Sequence record: KU726251.1
DNA length: 64,000 bases
Direction: 5' to 3' (one strand)
A program made the translations under genes and the position numbers. Below are positions 10,183-18,584 of the stretch, piece by piece (the first letter of the stretch is position 1; each line of letters opens with the position of its first letter). The notes beneath the pieces were generated by a model that saw nothing but the letters and a program-made list of their open reading frames with translations, made no database searches and was not told where the DNA came from.

Positions 10183-10209
10183 ATGACCCTATCAACGCAG
10201 GAGGTTATC

Positions 10210-10800
10210 GTGGTCGATCGTTGGAGTAAAGAGGGCATTATTCGTGCCAAAGTAAACATCGAAGCCGGTTACGTTAATAACCCGAAAGATTTGGGTAAAG
10301 CAACTAACCGTGGTGTCACCGAACTCACGGCGCGTGAATATGGCTATAAAGGGGATATGCGTGACCTGAGCCTAGAAACCGCGTTAGACATTTACAACAA
10401 GCTCTGGTGGCAGCGGATGCGCTTAGACCAGATTATGAAAATGAATGTCCTGCTAGCTGACCGGATGTTTGATTTCGGCATCAACGCAGGTCGTGGCAAC
10501 TGTATCAAGTCCCTGCAGCGCATTCTGAACGTATTAAACCGTCAGGGTAAACTGTACGACGATATCGATGCCGACGGTGGTATTGGACCACGTACGTTAA
10601 CAGCGTTAGATGGCTTTATCAAAGCTCGTGGGGAAGAGGGTCTGAATCGACTGATGTTCGCTTTAACCTGTCATCAGGTGGCGTACTACACCGAAATCAG
10701 TGAAGAGCGTGAGGATAACGAAGAGTTTACTTACGGCTGGTATGGGCGCGTCTATCAGGAAATGCCAGACTACGTGGCTAAGTTGGGAATGTGCAAATGA
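10210..10800 (+). CDS. Glycoside hydrolase family 108 lysozyme with C-terminal peptidoglycan-binding domain (endolysin)
   Basis: EAGYVNNPKDLGKATNRGVT matches the GH108 EGGY.N.P.D.GG.T..GIT motif. FDFGINAG and DGGIGPRTL also present. GTG start after aggagg, downstream of the terminator. Confidence 0.85.
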   Translation: MVDRWSKEGIIRAKVNIEAGYVNNPKDLGKATNRGVTELTAREYGYKGDMRDLSLETALDIYNKLWWQRMRLDQIMKMNVLLADRMFDFGINAGRGNCIKSLQRILNVLNRQGKLYDDIDADGGIGPRTLTALDGFIKARGEEGLNRLMFALTCHQVAYYTEISEEREDNEEFTYGWYGRVYQEMPDYVAKLGMCK

Positions 10801-11081
10801 AACAGAATTGGTTTGCTGCCTTAATGAAAGCTATCTGGCGTGCTCTTGTGTTTGCCGCGAGGAGAAAACGTAATGACCCACCGTCCAACTCCGCCTAAGT
10901 TCCCCGAAGTACAAACCGTTCCGGAAACGTATTACGATTCTGGGTTCTTCAAACTATTACGTGCGATCTTCTGTCGGAGGGTAAAGCCATGCAATACGAC
11001 AACGACGACTGGCCGAAAGGCTTAATGCCCATTTTACTGGGATTAATGGTCCTCACGATGCTCGTGCGTTATATGACGTGA
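10797..11081 (+). CDS. Three overlapping micro-ORFs (10797..10898, 10873..11025, 10989..11081); the last has one hydrophobic helix
   Basis: Translational coupling (atga overlap) and RBS-like gaggag/ggaggg. Translated by hand. Confidence 0.35.
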
Positions 11082-11088
11082 GGCCAGT

Positions 11089-11730
11089 ATGGAAGCACTT
11101 AAGTATAAGTTGTTAGAGAAGCCGTGGTTTATTCTCACGGATGATTTCCATTTCGAGTTTACGTTGCGCAGCTTGTATCGTGAAGACACCGGAATGGATG
11201 CGATGGTAGCATTATCAGGTGTACATCCGGATACTCCGTTATGGGTAACGGTGCCGAAAGGATTTGTAACAGACCTGGCAAGCATTCCAGAAGCGTTACG
11301 TCCTATCCTGCATCCAGATGGCCCTTGGGCTGCTGCCGCTTGTGTGCATGATTTGTTTTACCAGAAACGTTCATCGGTAGGCTTTTACCCTGACACCGTT
11401 GAAGGTAATCTATCTCGTGCTTGCGACAAAACATTCGCTGACCTGATGTTCTTACGCATCATGGAGGCATTAGGCGTTGACACCTTTATTCGTAAGTCCT
11501 TCTACCGTGCCGTTCACGAGTTTGGTTGGCCGTCCTATGTAGACGATAACTCTAAAGTGGTTTATAGCCGGCCGGTAGAAAAGACGTTGTCCTATAATCG
11601 CAACTACCTGTTCTTTAGAACGTCTCGTACGTTAGCGATTCCTGAACACGAACGTGTTGACATTACTAATGGGCAACCGGTAAACGTGCAGTATTTGAAT
11701 ATCAAACGTGCGTTCCTGACTGCCCCTTAA
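11089..11730 (+). CDS. DUF1353-family protein
   Basis: VPKGFVTDLASIP...AAACVHDLFY...ADLMF...FYRAVHEFGW is the DUF1353 signature. Confidence 0.8.
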   Translation: MEALKYKLLEKPWFILTDDFHFEFTLRSLYREDTGMDAMVALSGVHPDTPLWVTVPKGFVTDLASIPEALRPILHPDGPWAAAACVHDLFYQKRSSVGFYPDTVEGNLSRACDKTFADLMFLRIMEALGVDTFIRKSFYRAVHEFGWPSYVDDNSKVVYSRPVEKTLSYNRNYLFFRTSRTLAIPEHERVDITNGQPVNVQYLNIKRAFLTAP

Positions 11731-11739
11731 GGAGAGAAA

Positions 11740-12255
11740 ATGTTTCATCCGAATCCTGCCAACTTCGCGTTAAAAGAGTTGATGCCGCAGGAGTACATCG
11801 CGAAATACGGTGAAGGTGCTATTCGTTTCCTTAATCCGTTACTGCTAATCTCGCTCCAACAGATTCGTAATCGTTTTGGGCGGATGGTGATTTTAACCAG
11901 TTCCCAGCAACAGCGTAGTCTGCGTACCCTGCAGTTCTTTATTAATCAAGAGAAACCAAAGGGTGGCGATTGGCAAACTCGTGCAAACAAACTGTACGCC
12001 GAATCGGGCAGTATGCATAAATTCGGTAATGCGTTTGATGCAACAATGCTCGATACTCCGTTGCAGAAAGTGCACGATTATATTGCCGCGAACCCTGACG
12101 AGTTTCCATTTATTCACTTTATCGAGTGCGATATTACCTGGCTACATGTTGACGTACGCAACCAACCTGATATCACCTTCTGGTCACCAACGCGTGGTAC
12201 CGTTAAAGTGGTAAAACAACAACCCATCGATTGGAGCAAGCTAGTTAAAATCTAA
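11740..12255 (+). CDS. Peptidase M15-family zinc peptidase (peptidoglycan endopeptidase-like)
   Basis: SMHKFGNAFD (H..D ligands) and WLHVDVR (third ligand H). Confidence 0.75.
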   Translation: MFHPNPANFALKELMPQEYIAKYGEGAIRFLNPLLLISLQQIRNRFGRMVILTSSQQQRSLRTLQFFINQEKPKGGDWQTRANKLYAESGSMHKFGNAFDATMLDTPLQKVHDYIAANPDEFPFIHFIECDITWLHVDVRNQPDITFWSPTRGTVKVVKQQPIDWSKLVKI

Positions 12256-12347
12256 GCTACTTTAATCAAAAGTAATATAATTTATCATCTAATACGTTTA
12301 GCGCTTTTAGAGAGCGTTACAGAGCGTTTTAGAGGGTAAATAAAGCC

Positions 12348-12378
12348 CTTACCCACTCCCCTTACGGGAGTGGGTAAG
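12348..12378. terminator. Bidirectional terminator, conserved-stem family member 1
   Basis: cttacccactccc-cttac-gggagtgggtaag between convergent genes, flanked by A- and T-rich tracts. Confidence 0.8.
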
Positions 12379-12380
12379 CA

Positions 12381-12872
12381 CTATTTATTTTCTTCTAACG
12401 GAACAATCGTAATCGGGGTAGGAACTTCGTCAATAAGGCCGCCATTGCAGCGAAAGAACGTCATCCCTTTACCTTCCCCGGTATGCGGGTTCACATCCGA
12501 AAAAGAATAAGTGGGGCCATCGTTTACGGTTTTATTAATACGGTAATAACGCTCGCCCGTGGTGGTGTTAACATTCCCGTCGATTTTGCCAACCACATCT
12601 TTAAACATCATCGGTGACTCAAGTTTGCCACCGTCCCACGTTGCTACCCAGCTTGCACCCACATCCAATACTGTTACTGACCGCGGCATCATTTGTAGGT
12701 TGTCCAGAACCGGACGGTAGTCTACAAACTTCTCCTGTGTCCCTGTGCATGTATAAATCACCAAGTCGTGATTCTTTACCGGTGTGCTGCTAAATTGTCC
12801 GATGTTGCTTGGTGACTGGACGCAACCGGTCAACAGGCTTATAAACGCGAATACGATAAATAGACGTTTCAT
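12381..12872 (-). CDS. Lipoprotein of unknown function
   Basis: MKRLFIVFAFISLLTGC is a signal peptide II with lipobox. ATG 12872 follows an aagg RBS. Confidence 0.75.
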   Translation of the reverse strand: MKRLFIVFAFISLLTGCVQSPSNIGQFSSTPVKNHDLVIYTCTGTQEKFVDYRPVLDNLQMMPRSVTVLDVGASWVATWDGGKLESPMMFKDVVGKIDGNVNTTTGERYYRINKTVNDGPTYSFSDVNPHTGEGKGMTFFRCNGGLIDEVPTPITIVPLEENK

Positions 12873-12961
12873 AAGGTATCCTTTCGGTGGTAAAAAATTT
12901 TCTCGTTTAACAGCCAACTTTACTGTCATATTAAGCCCACTATGTATTTTTTAGAATGATT

Positions 12962-12968
12962 TAGTATG
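12962..12968 (+). promoter_or_regulatory. Candidate late promoter (TAGTATG)
   Basis: The same heptamer precedes three virion genes (also 33459-33465 and 36178-36184 on the - strand). TATG is the phiKZ late-promoter consensus. Confidence 0.4.
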
Positions 12969-12997
12969 CACCACAAACCTACTATAAGGAAACAACC

Positions 12998-13525
12998 ATG
13001 GCAGTCATCTCTGCAAAAGACCAACTCGTCGCGCTGTTTAATGCTGCAAACAGCGGACTGTCTAGTCCGTTAACTGCTGCTGACGTTACATTCGGCGCTG
13101 TTGCTGACTATTCACCAGCTGATTCCGGAGACACACGCAACTCCAAACTTACCATCACCGCCACCGAGGAATCCGCTAACTTTACTGGCGAGAAAGAGCT
13201 GCATTATACCCGCCTCAATTCATTGAACATCATCGGTGCGAAAGCAGTGACCGCTGACCAGGCAGAATGGGATACCGATGAAGAAGTGCTTGCTTTTGTC
13301 AACGCAGATCTAATTGCCGCCGGTAAAACGGAAGATGCGTTTGCATTGTCTGAACTCACCATTACACGCGAGGACGGCAGCAGTGGTGAGAAAATCATCA
13401 CTGTTAAGGTGAAAGAAGGCCACATTAAATACCAACCTGCCAGCCTTGCAGTTTATACTGTAACGCAGCCAGTCGTTAAAACTGACCTGAGCACCACCAA
13501 CGGTGAACTGGACGGATTCGTTTAA
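12998..13525 (+). CDS. Small virion structural protein
   Basis: Carries the shared N-terminal domain (FNAAN...LHYTRL) and the C-terminal KTDLSTTNGELDGF motif shared with type A proteins. Confidence 0.75.
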   Translation: MAVISAKDQLVALFNAANSGLSSPLTAADVTFGAVADYSPADSGDTRNSKLTITATEESANFTGEKELHYTRLNSLNIIGAKAVTADQAEWDTDEEVLAFVNADLIAAGKTEDAFALSELTITREDGSSGEKIITVKVKEGHIKYQPASLAVYTVTQPVVKTDLSTTNGELDGFV

Positions 13526-13564
13526 CAAAACAACTTAGTAGTTTCTAAGAAATAAAATAAGGTA

Positions 13565-13587
13565 CCTACCTCCCGAAGGGAGGTAGG
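13565..13587. terminator. Bidirectional terminator, family member 2; ends the long minus-strand operon
   Basis: cctacctccc-gaa-gggaggtagg flanked by aaataaaataa and tttattttc. Confidence 0.8.
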
Positions 13588-13604
13588 GCCTTTATTTTCT
13601 TTGC

Positions 13605-14276
13605 TTAAATGCCGAGAGATTCGGACAATGTTTTTAATCCAGTGTAATCGCGCTTTTCAGCTAACTCACGGATTTGGCGTTTGTTATCTGCCATTGCTGA
13701 GTGCAACACTTGGTCGCGTGCAACAATAGCGCCCAACAACGCTTTACATTGGTCTACTGTAAACGGACTGTGCTTAGTATTCAGCGTATCGAGCCAGTAT
13801 TCTGGTGCGGTATCTGCCTGAATGTATTGACCGAGGATGGTACGCGACGATTCATCGGCTTGAAAGTGACTACCTTCAAACTCGATATAACCATGACGCT
13901 CATCTTCGTAGCGGTGGTCAAGTTCCAACAGCATCTTCTGCACGTCTTCGTAAATGTAACGTGCGGTAGATTTTAGATTCCCGCGAATTTCGTCGAGGTC
14001 AATCTCCAGCACATTAGCAATAAACTCTTTCGTGCGTTTCAATGTGAAGTTAGCTTCAATCTCCGACATCTCATACAGCTTCATGCGTGCCAGGGCTTCT
14101 TTATCAGACATCCCTTCGATGAGATGATAATGGAGCAGAGCGCAAAAGCCTGTACGGCCCTGATCCTGCGCACCGATTCGTTCCATGAAATTACCGTGGC
14201 GATCAATCGGCAAATCACGCTGGAAATAACGGGCGCGGATCTCTTCGTTCGTTAAGCTTTTGTCAGTAACAGACAT
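13605..14276 (-). CDS. DUF4376-domain protein (tail-fibre-assembly-associated)
   Basis: C-terminal FQADESSRTIL...YWLDTLN...FTVDQCKALLGAI matches the DUF4376 pattern FQ.D..S....W...dN....T..el..L. Confidence 0.6.
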   Translation of the reverse strand: MSVTDKSLTNEEIRARYFQRDLPIDRHGNFMERIGAQDQGRTGFCALLHYHLIEGMSDKEALARMKLYEMSEIEANFTLKRTKEFIANVLEIDLDEIRGNLKSTARYIYEDVQKMLLELDHRYEDERHGYIEFEGSHFQADESSRTILGQYIQADTAPEYWLDTLNTKHSPFTVDQCKALLGAIVARDQVLHSAMADNKRQIRELAEKRDYTGLKTLSESLGI

Positions 14277-14818
14277 TCGTCCTCCTCAATCAGGCCAAGT
14301 TCTAACAACAAACCGAAGTCCAGCATCTGGAAGTCCTGATCGAGGTTACCGGCCCACAACAGAGAAATGTTGTGTTGCTCTTCTTCTTCCAACTGCGGGA
14401 GCAGGTGTTCTTCGAAGATTTGACGCTCTGTGTAATAAGCGTCAACCGGGTTATTGGAGCGTAAGTTACGAATACGCATCCGCGGGAAAGACAAGCCCAA
14501 AGCCACTAAACTTTCAGGACTGGCTTCATCAATAGAGTGACGTAGCAGTTCGATTTTGTGGCGTGGGTATGCAAGCAGTCGCTTCTCAAAGCCAGGGTTG
14601 CGCTTTTCGATTTCCGCGACAGACTCGTGTCCTTTCTCAACGCAGTAGACCGGGATCATCACATTCAGCCCGTATTTAATCAACAGGCTTTGGATTTCAT
14701 CAGTGAAGTCTTCCCCTGCCACAATTGCGTGCACATTGTACAGCTTGCTTTTGCGCAGGAAGCGATCGACCAAGTGCAGTTTACGCTTCGTAAAATTGTG
14801 AATCAGTATTGACTTCAT
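14252..14818 (-). CDS. Hypothetical protein in the radical SAM cluster (188 aa)
   Basis: ATG 14818 overlaps the end of the rSAM gene. Its stop overlaps the start of the DUF4376 gene. Confidence 0.6.
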   Translation of the reverse strand: MKSILIHNFTKRKLHLVDRFLRKSKLYNVHAIVAGEDFTDEIQSLLIKYGLNVMIPVYCVEKGHESVAEIEKRNPGFEKRLLAYPRHKIELLRHSIDEASPESLVALGLSFPRMRIRNLRSNNPVDAYYTERQIFEEHLLPQLEEEEQHNISLLWAGNLDQDFQMLDFGLLLELGLIEEDECLLLTKA

Positions 14819-16109
14819 TCTGGGCTCCGTTTTGTAATTTTTCTGCTTCAGCACGTTGGCGTACACAACGTGAACAATAGCACATGGATTTATCATGCAA
14901 ATCTGATGCGCGGGTCGTACCAGTTTTCTGATACCAATATTCCGCCGCCATCAGCTTCGCAGTAGTCCAACCACACTGACGACGCTCGGCGTGATACGCT
15001 TTACGGTCTTCCAGTGTACCTTCACCGTTTTCGTACGATGCTGCTGCGCAGCTACCGCAACTGTGTTTCATCGGACACCCTAAACAGGTTTCTGGGTAGT
15101 TGGTGTACTGTGTTTGAATCTCTTCTAACAACTTACCACCGTCCAGGCTCACAAACTCACGACCGACCAGTTCTGCTACAGCAGAACGGGAAGTTACCGT
15201 GGACATGAAACGGTTACAACCGTAAATCTTGCGATCAAAGCCGAGACAGGTCATGTGCGTCAACGTACCGCAGTACGGTTTCAGGCGTTCTGGGTCGAGA
15301 CGAACAGAGTCGTCATGTAAGAGTTTGTCACGCCAATCCGGGTCCCAAGTTGCCATAAAGTTCAGGCCATCCGGGATGATGTGTGTAATCGTGTTACGCG
15401 GGTTGGTGTGCAGACCCTTCTCAATCCAGTAGTCCATCACGTCCATCATCTGGTTCGCGATATCCAACGCCATATGGCGCGGTAGGATATCTTCGTACGT
15501 TACGTTACCAGAAATGGTACCACCGCCGGACATGTCAATTAACGATTTCATGCTGGCGGCATAGTGCGGCAATGTATCGATCGTAAACGTCGCCTTTACG
15601 CCCAGTTCAGCGATGCCAACACTCTTCAGATAATTGTAACCGCGTACCGCAGCTTCGTACGACCCTTCACGCGTCGTGGTAAAGATACGATATTTGTCAT
15701 GGACTTCAGGTAAACCATCGATGGAGACCCCAATAGACAGTTTGTCTTTCCAGCGCTCGATAATTTCTTTGTTCAGCGGACGGTCCAGAAGTGTACCGTT
15801 CGTGGAGATACTGAACATATACGGGCGATTGTGTTCTGCGCATAACTTCTCTGCGGTTTCAAAGGCCGCCAAAAGAAGTTTAGGCTGCATGAACGGCTCA
15901 CCACCGATGATATCGATGATGACCTCAACGTTCGGGATATCTTTATCACGCTCGAAACAAGCGTGGATAAAATCAATCACGTCTGCTACTTTGTTGTTAC
16001 GAGGATATTTACGCTCGTAGCAGTATTCGCAGTCCAGGTTACATGACAGGTTAGTCACAACCTGATACGTGCGTGGTGTGTACTGGATTTGCTGTTCGCT
16101 GTTACTCAT
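14781..16109 (-). CDS. Radical SAM/SPASM peptide maturase, Cys-Xaa3-repeat target type
   Basis: CNLDCEYC (CxxxCxxC), IGGEPF, STNG, SIDG. SPASM-type Cys set YCG..TC..GCNRF..CLGC..SCGSC..QC with a tail ending KLMAAEYWYQK. Confidence 0.9.
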   Translation of the reverse strand: MSNSEQQIQYTPRTYQVVTNLSCNLDCEYCYERKYPRNNKVADVIDFIHACFERDKDIPNVEVIIDIIGGEPFMQPKLLLAAFETAEKLCAEHNRPYMFSISTNGTLLDRPLNKEIIERWKDKLSIGVSIDGLPEVHDKYRIFTTTREGSYEAAVRGYNYLKSVGIAELGVKATFTIDTLPHYAASMKSLIDMSGGGTISGNVTYEDILPRHMALDIANQMMDVMDYWIEKGLHTNPRNTITHIIPDGLNFMATWDPDWRDKLLHDDSVRLDPERLKPYCGTLTHMTCLGFDRKIYGCNRFMSTVTSRSAVAELVGREFVSLDGGKLLEEIQTQYTNYPETCLGCPMKHSCGSCAAASYENGEGTLEDRKAYHAERRQCGWTTAKLMAAEYWYQKTGTTRASDLHDKSMCYCSRCVRQRAEAEKLQNGAQNEVNTDSQFYEA

Positions 16110-17016
16110 TGTTCGCCGCCCGTTTACGCTTAGCAGAAATTACACGGTTGATGTAGTTATACGCATCAACGCCGATAGAACGCGCCAGGCGATTACAGCC
16201 GACTTCCAATATCTCTGGGGCGTTCTGAATTTGCTCCTGCGTACCGTCGGCGTTAAGCCACAGCACTTCACTGCACGTGTTGCACTCGGTATCGAACATT
16301 TTACTGATCGCAAGCCCACATTCAGAATCGTTCTGCATGTTAAGGCGTTCGATATTGTCGAGTATTTTCCAATACCCGTACATGAAGTTCATGACGTGGT
16401 CTGGCGATAACGGTTTCGGCATCATCGCATCAAACAACAACGACACACCACCTGGACGGTAATGATAGATTGCTCGGTGCAGCTCGATGAAATCTTCGTA
16501 CCAGCGTTTATCACCTAACTGGTCACGCGTCATCACACCCCAGGTGTAATAGTTGTCCAGCTCGTACAGCACTTCCAGCGCTTCATGATTACCACCGTTT
16601 ACAAAGTTCATAAACGGACGTTCCGACTTCTTGTAGCCGTCAATGGACACAAAGATAAGGTCGAACTGTTTCAGCAACGGCAGATGTGATTTACGCATCT
16701 TTAAACCGTTGGTGTACATGTGATGACGGAGGTTCGGATGAGACTCCTTTAACTCGTTCACGAAGTCTTCAATCTTGCGCTGCGCTAACAGCGGCTCACC
16801 GCCCGTCCAATGAATCTCACCGATATCCGGATTCTTCTCTAAAATCGAGAGAATCTCTTCACGTTGAAACTCACGAGAAGTATCTTCTCTATCCATGTAA
16901 TAAGCCCCTCCACAGAAGCTACAGTCTAAGTTACACTTAGAAGTTGCGACAACCGACAGAATTGACGGTTTGTCGTACAGTTCAGACGAGATCCTGGATT
17001 CTACTTGATCTGTCAT
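16102..17016 (-). CDS. Second radical SAM enzyme (short C-terminal Cys cluster)
   Basis: CNLDCSFC, TGGEPLL, YTNG, SIDG. C-terminal CNTC...GCNRL. Confidence 0.85.
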   Translation of the reverse strand: MTDQVESRISSELYDKPSILSVVATSKCNLDCSFCGGAYYMDREDTSREFQREEILSILEKNPDIGEIHWTGGEPLLAQRKIEDFVNELKESHPNLRHHMYTNGLKMRKSHLPLLKQFDLIFVSIDGYKKSERPFMNFVNGGNHEALEVLYELDNYYTWGVMTRDQLGDKRWYEDFIELHRAIYHYRPGGVSLLFDAMMPKPLSPDHVMNFMYGYWKILDNIERLNMQNDSECGLAISKMFDTECNTCSEVLWLNADGTQEQIQNAPEILEVGCNRLARSIGVDAYNYINRVISAKRKRAANNE

Positions 17017-17037
17017 TGCAGGTTGCTCCAGTATTTT

Positions 17038-17925
17038 TTAAATATAATCAATGGCGAATAAAGGATCTTCGTCTACATTAGCGCCGGGCACCAGTAACAT
17101 CGGGTCGTGATAGGCAGCTAAAATTTTGTTCAGGTCGGCGTGTCTTTCGTTCAAGCGTTTCAAATCGGCCAACGTAACCGAACGACTACGAATCTCAGAA
17201 ACAGCTTCTGCTTCTTCTTTCGTTAAATCCACCTTCGTTAAGAGGAAGCTTACCAGCTTACTCAAATCCGCTTCTGTCGCCGGGTAATCCCCATATCGGG
17301 TTTGAACCAGGTGTTGCATCCACGGCTTACGAATACGTTTGGTGATTTCAAAATCGTCAGTCAACGCATACCAGACAGAACGCTTTTTATCCCACACGAA
17401 CTTATAGCTATACGCCATCATGTCCGCTAAACGGGTGATGCCGAGTTCTTTATATCCCTCGATATCGATGTACGGTTCGGTGTCGAAATACGTTTCCGTA
17501 TCGGCAGGTACCAGTACAAAGTAGTAAGGGAACGAGCCCAGATAGTCCGGACTCCACCAACGGCGCGCCATCGGTTTTGCTTCGAGTTCGTCAAACGGTG
17601 TAAACATCAGTTCTAAATCGACACTGTTGTTCAGAATCCCTTCACTGAAGAAATACTTACCGTCAACCAACACGCCGCGAGAGTTACCATCGCCGTTAAA
17701 GATAACGATGGCCTCTGCAACCATATCACGGATCTTAAACGTATTTTCTACGGTGTAGTTCTTCTTGTCGGTCAAGAAGCGACCACGAACCTTTGGCCAC
17801 TCACCAGGAATCTGTGCAATCAGTCTGACTTTGTCAGCGAGGTGTGCACGCACCGAATCTGGGGAAGATAGATGCAGCGGGTGGTTGAATGTGGTTTTAT
17901 ACGCAAGATGCAAATCGTTTTTCAT
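17038..17925 (-). CDS. Hypothetical protein in the radical SAM cluster (295 aa)
   Basis: Long ORF with RBS ggag between the precursors and the rSAM genes. No recognisable motif. Confidence 0.65.
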   Translation of the reverse strand: MKNDLHLAYKTTFNHPLHLSSPDSVRAHLADKVRLIAQIPGEWPKVRGRFLTDKKNYTVENTFKIRDMVAEAIVIFNGDGNSRGVLVDGKYFFSEGILNNSVDLELMFTPFDELEAKPMARRWWSPDYLGSFPYYFVLVPADTETYFDTEPYIDIEGYKELGITRLADMMAYSYKFVWDKKRSVWYALTDDFEITKRIRKPWMQHLVQTRYGDYPATEADLSKLVSFLLTKVDLTKEEAEAVSEIRSRSVTLADLKRLNERHADLNKILAAYHDPMLLVPGANVDEDPLFAIDYI

Positions 17926-17947
17926 TTAATACTCCGAACGTTTTCTG

Positions 17948-18154
17948 TTATCGATTCCCCGCTCCACGGCTACAGCTTCCGCTGCAGGACCAGCTACACC
18001 CACCATTACAGTTATAGTGAGAAAGCGGTAAGCCAGCCAGGTTATTTGTGGTCGACACGGTGCCCTGGTTAGCGATATAGTTGTTTGCCTGTGCGGTTGT
18101 AATGTAACCTTCTGCCGTAACGAGACGGTTTCGAATAGTCTTGAGACTGATCAC
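17948..18154 (-). CDS. Cys-Xaa3-repeat peptide 3 (short, 4 Cys)
   Basis: MISLKTIRNRL...SHYNCNGGCSWSCSGSCSRG. Leader homologous to peptides 1 and 2. RBS ggagg. Confidence 0.8.
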   Translation of the reverse strand: MISLKTIRNRLVTAEGYITTAQANNYIANQGTVSTTNNLAGLPLSHYNCNGGCSWSCSGSCSRGAGNR

Positions 18155-18169
18155 ATAAGCCTCCGTCGG

Positions 18170-18574
18170 TTAGGAGTTAGGACCTGAACAACCACCAGAG
18201 CACGCACCTGAGCAGTTTGCGGAGCAGGATTTACCACAACCCCCAGAACAGCTGCCTGTGCACGTGCCGCTACAACCACCAGAGCACGAAGAGCTACAGC
18301 CCGTGCAGCTGCTGCTACAGCCTGATACACAGTTTGCCGAACAAGTCGACCCACAACCGCCCGTAGCAGACCCAGTACATCCGCCAGAACAACTCGAGCA
18401 ACTAAAAGAGCATGTTCCACCACAGTCATAGTGCGAACGACCTTGACCTGCGAACAAGTCAGCGTTATTCGTAGCTTTATTGCGAATGTAGTTTTGCACA
18501 TTCGTGGTATTCTTTAGAGCGTTTGCATCGATCGTGTTTAATCGGTTATTCAGTTCTTTTAATCCAATTGCCAT
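18170..18574 (-). CDS. Cys-Xaa3-repeat peptide 2 (20 Cys), putative rSAM substrate
   Basis: About 50-aa leader, then CGGTCSFSCSSCSGGC... repeats in a Ser/Gly/Thr-rich background. Confidence 0.9.
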   Translation of the reverse strand: MAIGLKELNNRLNTIDANALKNTTNVQNYIRNKATNNADLFAGQGRSHYDCGGTCSFSCSSCSGGCTGSATGGCGSTCSANCVSGCSSSCTGCSSSCSGGCSGTCTGSCSGGCGKSCSANCSGACSGGCSGPNS

Positions 18575-18584
18575 TTAATCCCCC

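Noticed and set aside
10147-10209. ORF-track N-terminal extension of the endolysin
   Set aside because: It runs through the terminator hairpin. The RBS supports GTG 10210.
12296-12335. Short imperfect repeats (tttag/agagcg) upstream of the 12348 hairpin
   Set aside because: Only 3-4 degenerate units with no second occurrence. Not enough to call an iteron or operator.
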